Shown here piece after piece: positions 1 through 7,288 of a stretch of DNA of 64,000 nt (within the stretch, counting starts at the first letter, position 1; each line of letters starts with the position of its first letter). Position numbers and translations under genes: made by a program. The stretch covers positions 1 through 64,000 of IMG/VR virus record IMGVR_UViG_3300045912_000789. One strand, 5' to 3'. A model generated the notes under the pieces. That model did not search any database, was not told where the DNA came from, and saw only the letters and a program-made list of their open reading frames with translations. The DNA comes from a virus.

Positions 1-9
1 CGCACGCGC

Positions 10-480
10 GTGCCGATCGACACCTGCGTGTCGAGCTACACCAGCGAGGACGAGGATGGCATCGGCACGCCGACGTCCGAGCACCTCGGCATGGTGCGCA
101 GTGCCGGCGGCATCATCAACCAGCGCGTCGGCTTCGAGCTGCTGAACGTCGGGCCGATCAACCGGGTCGGCGACATCAGGCCGGTCGCCTGCATGATCAT
201 GGTGAACGTCGGGGTGCCGCAGGACGTCGAGCGCGACGAAGGCGGTGGCTGGGCCTACCGCTGCCACGACTCGTGCTGCGTGGACATCTCGAACACCGGC
301 ACGCCGGAGCTGGCCTCGCTCGTCATCCAGCACGAGCTGGGGCACTGCCTCGGGCTCGCTCACGACGACTGGGAGGGCAGCATCATGCGTCGGACGCAAA
401 GCGAGACGCCCGACCGGGAGTTCCCGCCCCGCATCACCGACAGCGATCGAGACCTACTGCGCGAGGCCTACCTGCGGTAG
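10..480 (+). CDS. Matrixin/metzincin-like zinc metalloprotease (may start before the window)
   Basis: HELGHCLGLAH zinc motif (HExxHxxGxxH), followed by a SIM Met-turn and a DRDLLREAY C-terminal helix. Confidence 0.8.
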   Translation: MPIDTCVSSYTSEDEDGIGTPTSEHLGMVRSAGGIINQRVGFELLNVGPINRVGDIRPVACMIMVNVGVPQDVERDEGGGWAYRCHDSCCVDISNTGTPELASLVIQHELGHCLGLAHDDWEGSIMRRTQSETPDREFPPRITDSDRDLLREAYLR

Positions 481-493
481 GCGAGGAGGACAC

Positions 494-727
494 GTGGCGA
501 AGGAAACGCAACCGCCTCCGGAGATCAGCGCCGACGATGCTCGTCGGCTCGCCGACTCCGTGAGGAAGATCGAGAAGGGCATGAAGGAGCTGAACGAGGC
601 CGGGCTGAACCGCAAGGCCATCGTCGTCCTTCTCGCCGAGAGCACCGGCGTCTCGCGCCGGGACATCAACGCGGTGCTGAACGGACTGGAGACGCTGGGC
701 TCCGAGTACCTGGAGAAGGCGAAGTGA
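494..727 (+). CDS. Hypothetical protein (77 aa)
   Basis: GAGGAGGA SD before GTG at 494; 3' part of ORF 245..727. Confidence 0.7.
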   Translation: MAKETQPPPEISADDARRLADSVRKIEKGMKELNEAGLNRKAIVVLLAESTGVSRRDINAVLNGLETLGSEYLEKAK

Positions 728-1269
728 CGATCCCCAAGACCCCGTCGATCCGCATGACCGGCCCCGAGCGGGTCGGGATGCAGTTCCCCGAGGATGCGAG
801 GGAGTTCTTCGACTTCTTCGCGAAGCGGATGGGCGAGCGCTTCCTACACCACCAGCTCACCGACCGCCTGGTCGAGAGCGTGAAGATGGAGGGGCTCCAG
901 CTCCTCTCGGTCGCCAACGACATCTACCACCTCGGCTGTCGGAGCGGCTTCTGGGCCGTGGCGGTCATCCGGGATCCCCACGACCCCAGCAGCATCAAGA
1001 TCGACCCGCGTCCCGAGGTCCTGGTGGGGCACGACGTCGAGATCTACGAGCACGAGCAGGGCGGCATCGTCGCCAAGACCAGCTCGCACTTCGTCCGCGC
1101 GGACAGCGCGCTCGAAGCACTGGCCGGCCTCGGCCGCCTCATCGAGACCCGCGACATCCCGCTCCCGACCTACGAAGAGAAGGTCCAGGAGATCGCTGGC
1201 TCGTTCGACCCGAACACGAACTTCACCTGCACCTGCGGCACTGGCCGCGGCTGCGTCATCCACGACTGA
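724..1269 (+). CDS. Hypothetical protein
   Basis: GTGA coupling to the previous gene; high GC3 codon usage. Confidence 0.7.
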   Translation: MTIPKTPSIRMTGPERVGMQFPEDAREFFDFFAKRMGERFLHHQLTDRLVESVKMEGLQLLSVANDIYHLGCRSGFWAVAVIRDPHDPSSIKIDPRPEVLVGHDVEIYEHEQGGIVAKTSSHFVRADSALEALAGLGRLIETRDIPLPTYEEKVQEIAGSFDPNTNFTCTCGTGRGCVIHD

Positions 1270-1276
1270 GGCGATC

Positions 1277-1888
1277 ATGGCCGAAGCCAGATACTTCTGT
1301 CCCGACTGCGGCAGCATCGACCTGATCGTCTCGAACGCCGAGCTGCGCGATCACGAGGGCAGGACCCTCGGGCGCGCGGAGTGCCCGAACTGCTCGTGGA
1401 AGGGACGCCTCGTCGACACCGTCGGTGCGCTCACCACCGAGCAGTTCTGGGACAGCGACCGAGTCGGCGAGGTACTGCTGCGCGTGCTCGCCACCCGAGG
1501 CGCTGGCCCGCTCGTCCAGGCGCTGGAGTTCATCGGCCTGCTGCCGCGCAAGCGGGAGAAGCCGTACCTCACGAAGGACGCCACTCCCGAGGAGATGGCG
1601 AAGTACGAGAGCGATCTCGCGCTCTACAACGATCCCTCCACCTACAAGTGGAACAAGGCGGCTCAGGAGGCGCGCGATCACGTGATGCGCCGCTTCATGG
1701 AGGCGTCGCTCACCGCGACCTTCGAGGAGGCCGAGAAGCAGAACCGTCTGTTCGCCATCGCCACCGAGACCGACATCCACCCGATGCTCAAGGAAGAGGC
1801 GAACGTCGAGACCTTCGGCGGCGACTTCGCCGAGAAGAAGATCACGAACATCAAGGAAGCTCGCCGGAAGAAGGAGAAGGGCCGGTGA
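1277..1888 (+). CDS. Zinc-ribbon protein
   Basis: N-terminal CPDC...CPNC; GAGG SD. Confidence 0.7.
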   Translation: MAEARYFCPDCGSIDLIVSNAELRDHEGRTLGRAECPNCSWKGRLVDTVGALTTEQFWDSDRVGEVLLRVLATRGAGPLVQALEFIGLLPRKREKPYLTKDATPEEMAKYESDLALYNDPSTYKWNKAAQEARDHVMRRFMEASLTATFEEAEKQNRLFAIATETDIHPMLKEEANVETFGGDFAEKKITNIKEARRKKEKGR

Positions 1889-2268
1889 CGAAGGATCGAG
1901 ACAAGGAGCTGGACGAGGTCGAGAAGGAGCTGCTGGGCGTCAAGCCGGCAGCCGGCGGCCAGCCCTTCATCGAGCGCCCGGAGAAGCTCGACCTTCGTCG
2001 CGGCTCGCTCTGCTGGATGGACGGCTCGCGGGTCTGCGGCGCAGACTGCGTGGCCTTCAACCCCGAGGAGCTGGACGAGCAGGGGCAGGCGACCGACTCG
2101 CCGAACAAGTGCCTCGTCCTCACCTACATGGGGCAGCAGGGAGCTGCTGCTCTCTCGATCATCGCCATCAACCGCACCGCAGCCAAGAAGGCACAAGACG
2201 ATCGCCGCGCAGCGGCTGGCGGCACGCCTCCCGTCCCGATGGTCGGGGGAAAGAAGGACGGAACATGA
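1885..2268 (+). CDS. Cys-containing hypothetical protein
   Basis: GTGA coupling at 1885; AAGGAG upstream; CW..C..C..C motif. Confidence 0.65.
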   Translation: MTKDRDKELDEVEKELLGVKPAAGGQPFIERPEKLDLRRGSLCWMDGSRVCGADCVAFNPEELDEQGQATDSPNKCLVLTYMGQQGAAALSIIAINRTAAKKAQDDRRAAAGGTPPVPMVGGKKDGT

Positions 2269-3011
2269 AGATCATCGCAGAGCTGGTCCGCGTCAGGCAG
2301 GACTGGGATCCCGACACCAATGAGCACCACAACTCTGTGATCTTCGCCTTCGGTGGCGTGGAGGTCGAGGTGCCGGCCACGCCCGAGCAGGTCACGGCGA
2401 TCATCGTCGAGTCGCAGCGTCAGAAGAACGCCGGGATGGTCGGCGGCGACAGCCCGGCGAGCTACCCCTCCCCTCCGACCGTCTCCCCGGCCCAGCAGCT
2501 CGGCTGGGGCGCCGACCAGCCGATCGACGAGAGCGCCGGTGGCCAGGAGCTGGACGACGCGCTCGCCGCCGAGCTGACGAACGAAGGGGGCGAGGAGGTC
2601 TTCGGCGGCGACTTCGAGCAGAACCCCGACGAGCCTGTGTCGCGTGCGCCGTCGCTCTTCCAGGGATCGCCCGACATCCCTTCGGAGGCGCCGACCCTCG
2701 ACGTGGCACCGGTGGTGCCGCAGGAGCGCAAGGCGCCGCCTCCCACGCCCACGATGCAGCGGCAGGCGGCCATCGCCGCCCATCGCCAGCAGGACCCCGC
2801 CCAGCAGCGCAAGACGCAGAAGCTCGCGATGCGCGCTCGGGCGCAGGCAGTGCCGGTCCGCAAGGTCGGCAAGGACGAGATGGGGAACCCCGTGGTCTAC
2901 GAAGACCGCAGCGCCCCCATCGTGGGCCCCGCGGGCCACCCCACGGTGGTCGTGCGCCAGGTGGGCGGCCCGACCCCGGTCGGAGACGACGATGGCTTCG
3001 GTCAGGGCTGA
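2265..3011 (+). CDS. Hypothetical protein, Pro/acidic disordered centre
   Basis: ATGA coupling at 2265; AAGGA SD. Confidence 0.7.
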   Translation: MKIIAELVRVRQDWDPDTNEHHNSVIFAFGGVEVEVPATPEQVTAIIVESQRQKNAGMVGGDSPASYPSPPTVSPAQQLGWGADQPIDESAGGQELDDALAAELTNEGGEEVFGGDFEQNPDEPVSRAPSLFQGSPDIPSEAPTLDVAPVVPQERKAPPPTPTMQRQAAIAAHRQQDPAQQRKTQKLAMRARAQAVPVRKVGKDEMGNPVVYEDRSAPIVGPAGHPTVVVRQVGGPTPVGDDDGFGQG

Positions 3012-3303
3012 CCTCGACCTCGTGATCGGGTACGATCTCGGAGACGAGGTCTCGTACTCGGCGTTCACGCTCATGCGACGGCATGAGGACGGGACGCTGG
3101 AGGTCCTCGAAACGGAGACTGTCCCCGGGCCGATCACCCGGGGGCAGCTCCTCAACCTTTGCATCGAGTCGATCAAGAAGCTCAACCCCAAGCTGGTGTC
3201 GGTGAAGATCGGTGAAGGCCGAATCCTCGCCATCAGCGACCAGACCGTCGAGGAGATCCTCGCCGGAACCAAGCAGTGGACGGACCTGATGATCGGGTCC
3301 TGA
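2992..3303 (+). CDS. Hypothetical protein
   Basis: ATG at 2992 with GGAG upstream; 3' part of ORF 2644..3303. Confidence 0.6.
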   Translation: MASVRADLDLVIGYDLGDEVSYSAFTLMRRHEDGTLEVLETETVPGPITRGQLLNLCIESIKKLNPKLVSVKIGEGRILAISDQTVEEILAGTKQWTDLMIGS

Positions 3304-3318
3304 GAAGGAGAAGAGAAT

Positions 3319-3756
3319 ATGCCCAGCGTGCAGCAGCCCAAGCGGTCCCCCGAGTTCGTCAACGGCAAGCAGAACGTCGTGATCGGCGTCACCCCCGCCC
3401 AGCTCCTCGCCGTGAGCTGGGTGGACGGCAGCGGCCAGAAGTCGATGGCCCTCGTCCTCCAGTTCGGCAAGGACACCGAGGACGGCGGCCCCGGCGTCTT
3501 CGTCATGGCCGACGAGAACGAGATGGTGAACCAGCTCAAGCTCCCGAACGCCACGATCAAGAAGGGCGTCCGGCAGTGGCTGGCGAAGCAGGCCGATCCG
3601 ACGGCCGAGGAGGTGCCGGAGACGGCCACCGCGCTCGTCGCCCCGTCCGCTCCGAAGGCGGCCCGCAAGGCCGTCCCGGCGCAGATCGACGTCGGCCAGA
3701 TGGAGGGGCCGGCCACGGACGGCGACGCCGACATCTCCAAGATCGACCTCGGATGA
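3319..3756 (+). CDS. Hypothetical protein
   Basis: AAGGAG SD; typical codon usage. Confidence 0.75.
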   Translation: MPSVQQPKRSPEFVNGKQNVVIGVTPAQLLAVSWVDGSGQKSMALVLQFGKDTEDGGPGVFVMADENEMVNQLKLPNATIKKGVRQWLAKQADPTAEEVPETATALVAPSAPKAARKAVPAQIDVGQMEGPATDGDADISKIDLG

Positions 3757-3962
3757 CCCCCAGGGCGATGGCAACGGTCCTGCTACTCCTGATCGCTCTC
3801 CGCCTCTGTCACCGGGGGCTGGAGGCGCTCAGGTGTAGCAGGCCGCTTCCGGGGCCCGCGTTCCCCTGGTGTCGGTGCGCCGGCCCCTGTTGCTGGTGCG
3901 ACTACATGACCGCCTATGAGCAAGAGCCCGATCGGCCTGCCTCACAGGGACCCTACCGATGA
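3753..3962 (+). CDS. Small Cys-rich, possibly membrane, protein
   Basis: ATGA coupling at both ends; hydrophobic N-terminus; atypical codons. Confidence 0.4.
   Translation: MTPRAMATVLLLLIALRLCHRGLEALRCSRPLPGPAFPWCRCAGPCCWCDYMTAYEQEPDRPASQGPYR
3913..3923 (+). promoter_or_regulatory. Phage promoter motif class A (CCTATGAGCAA)
   Basis: Matches the CCTATNAG motif found at 7-8 other operon heads; ends 35 nt before ATG 3959. Confidence 0.55.
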
Positions 3963-4924
3963 CCGAGTTCAAGAGCCAGACGAAGTTCAGGGCGTTTCTC
4001 GCCCCCATCAGGATCTCGCCGTTCGTCGTGGACGGTGTGCGGACCTGTACGATCAGCGGTGTCGACGACGAAGGGACGCGTCTGGAGGAGGTCATCAAGG
4101 CCTCGTTCGAGAAAGGCGTTCCGGTTCGGTTCGAGCACGAGGTGAGGCGGCTGCCGACCGAGCCGCCCCCGCCTCCTGCCGGGCCCAGCATCTACAAGAT
4201 CGGAGATCCTCCGGGAGTTGAGCCGCCGTGCGAGGAGGGTGGCAACTGCTCGTGGGTCTGGGACGGAGACGAGCCCGAGTCCGATCTCTACTGCGAGAAC
4301 TGCTACCGCTCCCGGAACTGGGAGCTGAAGGAGCGAGATGAAGGACGCAGTCCCGAGACCGCAGGTGATGCCGCCGGCGTCGAAGCTCAGGATCGAGATG
4401 GACATCCCGGCGGGAGTGATCCCGTGGTTCTCGGAGGGCCTCCGGCTCAAGACGGAGATCCCGGTGCAGATCACGAACGATCGATCCCTGGGCGAGCAGC
4501 TCTCGGAGGCGCTCCGCGCGGCGTCGGAGAGGTTCAGGGTCGAGATCATCAGCAAGGAGAAGACGCTGGGCCGCCGACGGTGAACCCGGCCCTGCGCGAC
4601 GAGCTGGAACGTGTGCTCGATCCGGTCCTCAAGCTCGACACCGGGAAGCTGCACGAGCTGGGGATGCGGCTCTACCGCAGAGATCACGGGGGTGGTAGTG
4701 TGTTCCCCCCACTGAAGGAGACGACCATGGAGAAGAACGGAAACACCTTCGTGCCCGGCGACCACGTGACCCTGGCGCGAGGAGAGATCGATCCCCGCAC
4801 GAAGCAGGCCGCGCATCGCGGCAAGGGCACGGTCCGACCCGAGTCCAGCGACGGCCGCATGAAGGTCGCCTGGGAAGACGGCTCGGAGAGCTGGGAGAAG
4901 CCCGAGGACCTCAACCGGGGCTGA
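3959..4924 (+). CDS. Hypothetical protein; the frame runs through several apparent genes
   Basis: Protein-like N-terminal ~125 aa with C..C..CxxC; no stop until 4924. Confidence 0.5.
   Translation: MTEFKSQTKFRAFLAPIRISPFVVDGVRTCTISGVDDEGTRLEEVIKASFEKGVPVRFEHEVRRLPTEPPPPPAGPSIYKIGDPPGVEPPCEEGGNCSWVWDGDEPESDLYCENCYRSRNWELKERDEGRSPETAGDAAGVEAQDRDGHPGGSDPVVLGGPPAQDGDPGADHERSIPGRAALGGAPRGVGEVQGRDHQQGEDAGPPTVNPALRDELERVLDPVLKLDTGKLHELGMRLYRRDHGGGSVFPPLKETTMEKNGNTFVPGDHVTLARGEIDPRTKQAAHRGKGTVRPESSDGRMKVAWEDGSESWEKPEDLNRG
4338..4583 (+). CDS. Hypothetical protein (81 aa) nested in another frame of 3959..4924
   Basis: AAGGAG SD; high GC3 codons; GTGA coupling to 4580. Confidence 0.6.
   Translation: MKDAVPRPQVMPPASKLRIEMDIPAGVIPWFSEGLRLKTEIPVQITNDRSLGEQLSEALRAASERFRVEIISKEKTLGRRR
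4727..4924 (+). CDS. Small SH3-like beta-barrel protein (65 aa)
   Basis: Own AAGGAG SD and TAGTGT box at 4696-4701; FVPGDHV..GKGTV..VAWEDGSESW pattern. Confidence 0.6.
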   Translation: MEKNGNTFVPGDHVTLARGEIDPRTKQAAHRGKGTVRPESSDGRMKVAWEDGSESWEKPEDLNRG

Positions 4925-4956
4925 TCCCCGCTGATCGACCACAGGAGGACAGAGAC

Positions 4957-5838
4957 ATGGGCAACAAGGCCGAGATCACCACGCTCGACGGCATGCGCAA
5001 GGTGGCGCACGCCATGGTCGACGACTTCTTCAACCACCTCCCGGCGAACCCCGACGGCACGCCCGTCGACAACGTCCGCCTCCACCACGAGCGCCCGTTC
5101 GAGCGGCCCGGTGAAGGAGGATCGATCCTCCAGACCGGCGTGCTGATCGGGTTCGAGGCGCGCTTCGCTCGGCCGGTCATCACTCCGGCCGTGGGCTCGC
5201 GCCTCGTGCTCCGCACCCGCGAGGGGACGTTCGTCCTCGCCCACCAGAGCCGCGAGTCGCTCACGTCGCTCATCCGCTTCATGGTCGACGTGCTCGGAGG
5301 GCTGACCGAGTACGAGATCGTGGAGCGCATGGACCGCGGGACCGTGCTCTTCACCGACATGTCCATCGCGGAGATCAGCCGTCGCTCGAACCTGCTCTTC
5401 GAGCCGGTCGGCGATCCGGTCGGCCAGCCCGTCATCGAGACGGCGCCCGAGCCCGACGACACCACCGAGCAGGTCCGCCTCGCCGCCGAGAAGGAGCGCG
5501 CGGAGCAGGAGGCTCGCGAGCGCGCGGAGAAGGCGGAGGCCGAGGCCCGCGAGGCCGAGGAGCGTCGCCTCGCCGAGGAGAAGCGCGCGGAGGACAGCAC
5601 CCAGCAGCTCACGCCCGAGACCCTCGCCGAGCTGCGCGAGGAGTCGCGCACGGAGCAGCCGAGCGTCACCGACCTCGAAGGCGCGGTGGCCGAGGACATC
5701 GTCGACACCGAGGACCGTCGCTTCAGCGAGGATGCCGGTCTGACCGAGCCGATGCCCGAAGCCGAGGAGCCGGTCGCCGAGGGGAGCGCGCCGGCTGCCG
5801 AGGAGACCAAGACCAAGAGCAAGCGCAAGAAGAGCTGA
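4957..5838 (+). CDS. Hypothetical protein with an acidic coiled-coil C-terminus
   Basis: AGGAGG SD; E/A/R-rich helix. Confidence 0.75.
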   Translation: MGNKAEITTLDGMRKVAHAMVDDFFNHLPANPDGTPVDNVRLHHERPFERPGEGGSILQTGVLIGFEARFARPVITPAVGSRLVLRTREGTFVLAHQSRESLTSLIRFMVDVLGGLTEYEIVERMDRGTVLFTDMSIAEISRRSNLLFEPVGDPVGQPVIETAPEPDDTTEQVRLAAEKERAEQEARERAEKAEAEAREAEERRLAEEKRAEDSTQQLTPETLAELREESRTEQPSVTDLEGAVAEDIVDTEDRRFSEDAGLTEPMPEAEEPVAEGSAPAAEETKTKSKRKKS

Positions 5839-5844
5839 TCGAAC

Positions 5845-6255
5845 ATGGACACCCCGGCACTTCCCCACTACCAGTACCGAACCCCGAACGGTGAGATCGT
5901 CCGCCTCGTCAACGACGATCTCATCGTCCGGATGGACCCGCTCCGCGAGACCACGCGCGGAGGCATCATCATCCCGGACACCGCGGGCGACCGCGGCGAT
6001 GCCGGGATCCTGACCACCGGCACGGTCGAGGCCTTCGGGTTCGCGACGATCGGGGGCAAGAAGAACATCCCGTTCCAGAGGATCCCGCTGCCCGAGTTCT
6101 ACGTCGGGATGAAGGTCGTCTTCATCCGGTACTACGCGGAGCAGCACACCAACAAGTCGATCCAGCACACCTTCGGTGAGGGCGTGATCAAGCTGAAGCC
6201 GCTGGACGTCATGCTCGCGTTCGACCCCGAAGACATGGACCGCGTCCTGCGGTAG
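5845..6255 (+). CDS. groES: Co-chaperonin GroES-like protein
   Basis: RLVNDDLIVR..ETTRGGIIIPDTA..TGTVEAFG..VGMKVVF..YA pattern matches Cpn10. Confidence 0.85.
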   Translation: MDTPALPHYQYRTPNGEIVRLVNDDLIVRMDPLRETTRGGIIIPDTAGDRGDAGILTTGTVEAFGFATIGGKKNIPFQRIPLPEFYVGMKVVFIRYYAEQHTNKSIQHTFGEGVIKLKPLDVMLAFDPEDMDRVLR

Positions 6256-6268
6256 AGGAGAGACCCAC

Positions 6269-6751
6269 GTGATCACCTGGCCCGTCGCCTGCATCGTGCT
6301 CGGCATCATCGCCGCGCTCTGCTTCCTCGCCTGGATCCACTTCCGGCGCGAGATGGAGCGCGAGCACCACACCTTCCAGGACCGAGCGTTCAGCCTGGAG
6401 GAGAAGAAGTTCGAGGTGTGGAAGACCTCGAACCTCGCTCACGTCGCCACGCGCGGGAAGGAGGCCAAGAGCATCGTCGATCGCCTGCTGCGGGGCCCCG
6501 GCGGTGCGATGTCGGTCATTCCCGGCGGCGACATGGAACCGCAGCCCGCTCGCGTGCTCTCGATGGTGGGCCGCGGGCCCCACGCGAAGCGGGACGAGGA
6601 AGAGCCGCCGGAGAACGTGAAGGAGATCCTGGAGCTGATCGCCCAGGCCCAGCAGATGCCGCCCGAGGAGGCCAAGGCCTTCCTCGCCCAGCACGGCATC
6701 GAGGACGTGGAGTTCTTCAGGGGTCCGCAGCCCTCGGGGCCCGGTGCCTGA
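6269..6751 (+). CDS. Membrane-anchored hypothetical protein
   Basis: N-terminal TM helix; GAGGAG SD. Confidence 0.7.
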   Translation: MITWPVACIVLGIIAALCFLAWIHFRREMEREHHTFQDRAFSLEEKKFEVWKTSNLAHVATRGKEAKSIVDRLLRGPGGAMSVIPGGDMEPQPARVLSMVGRGPHAKRDEEEPPENVKEILELIAQAQQMPPEEAKAFLAQHGIEDVEFFRGPQPSGPGA

Positions 6752-7127
6752 ACTGATCGCGCATCTCCTGGGCGACTACGTCCTTCAGAGCGACTGGATG
6801 GCCCAGGAGAAGACGAAGCGGTGGGGAGTAGCGGTCGTGCACGCGATCGTCTACTCCCTGCCGTTCCTTCTTCTTTGCTCCCCTTCGCCGGCGGCGCTCG
6901 CGGTGATGGTCTTGACCCACGCGATCATCGATCGGCTGCGGCTGGCGAAGTACGTCGGCTACGCGAAGAACTTCCTCTCCCCTCGATCGTTCTGGTATGC
7001 GTGGGCGGACTGCGAGGCGACCGGCTACCACAAGGACCGACCGGCCTGGCTGGCGGTGTGGCTGCTGATCATCACCGACAACGCGATGCACCTGCTCATC
7101 AACCACCTCGCCCTGCGGTACCTGTGA
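6744..7127 (+). CDS. DUF3307-like membrane protein
   Basis: LIAHLLGDYVLQSDWMA..H..H..IID..DNAMH pattern. Confidence 0.75.
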   Translation: MPELIAHLLGDYVLQSDWMAQEKTKRWGVAVVHAIVYSLPFLLLCSPSPAALAVMVLTHAIIDRLRLAKYVGYAKNFLSPRSFWYAWADCEATGYHKDRPAWLAVWLLIITDNAMHLLINHLALRYL

Positions 7128-7169
7128 AGTTCGTGCTGGTCTGCGTCGGGCTCTCCGGTTAGGATCCTG

Positions 7170-7256
7170 ACTTCCCCGTGCCGGGGTGAAGGTAAGCGTG
7201 GCCCGAGACGATGGGCGGTTTCCTCGCCGACCACATCGTCTCGGGCTTCGTGTTCC
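7170..7256 (+). ncRNA. Candidate two-hairpin small RNA or structured intergenic element
   Basis: TAGGAT box at 7160-7165; hairpin 7171-7191; perfect 13-bp stem 7201-7213/7234-7246. Confidence 0.4.
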
Positions 7257-7273
7257 AGAGGCACGCCTCGTGA

Positions 7274-7288
7274 TGCTATGCTCGCGTC
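7274..7288 (+). promoter_or_regulatory. Class B promoter (TGcTATGCT-N6-ATG), leaderless
   Basis: TATGCT at 7277-7282, 6 nt before ATG 7289; no SD. Confidence 0.65.

Noticed and set aside
245-493. Upstream extensions of many track ORFs (e.g. 245, 1381, 2109, 29757..30257, 36820, 58108)
   Set aside because: They overlap neighbouring genes; SD, coupling or promoter evidence supports the shorter starts given in the features
7170-7256. tRNA gene
   Set aside because: No cloverleaf, T-loop GTTCRA or CCA end can be formed
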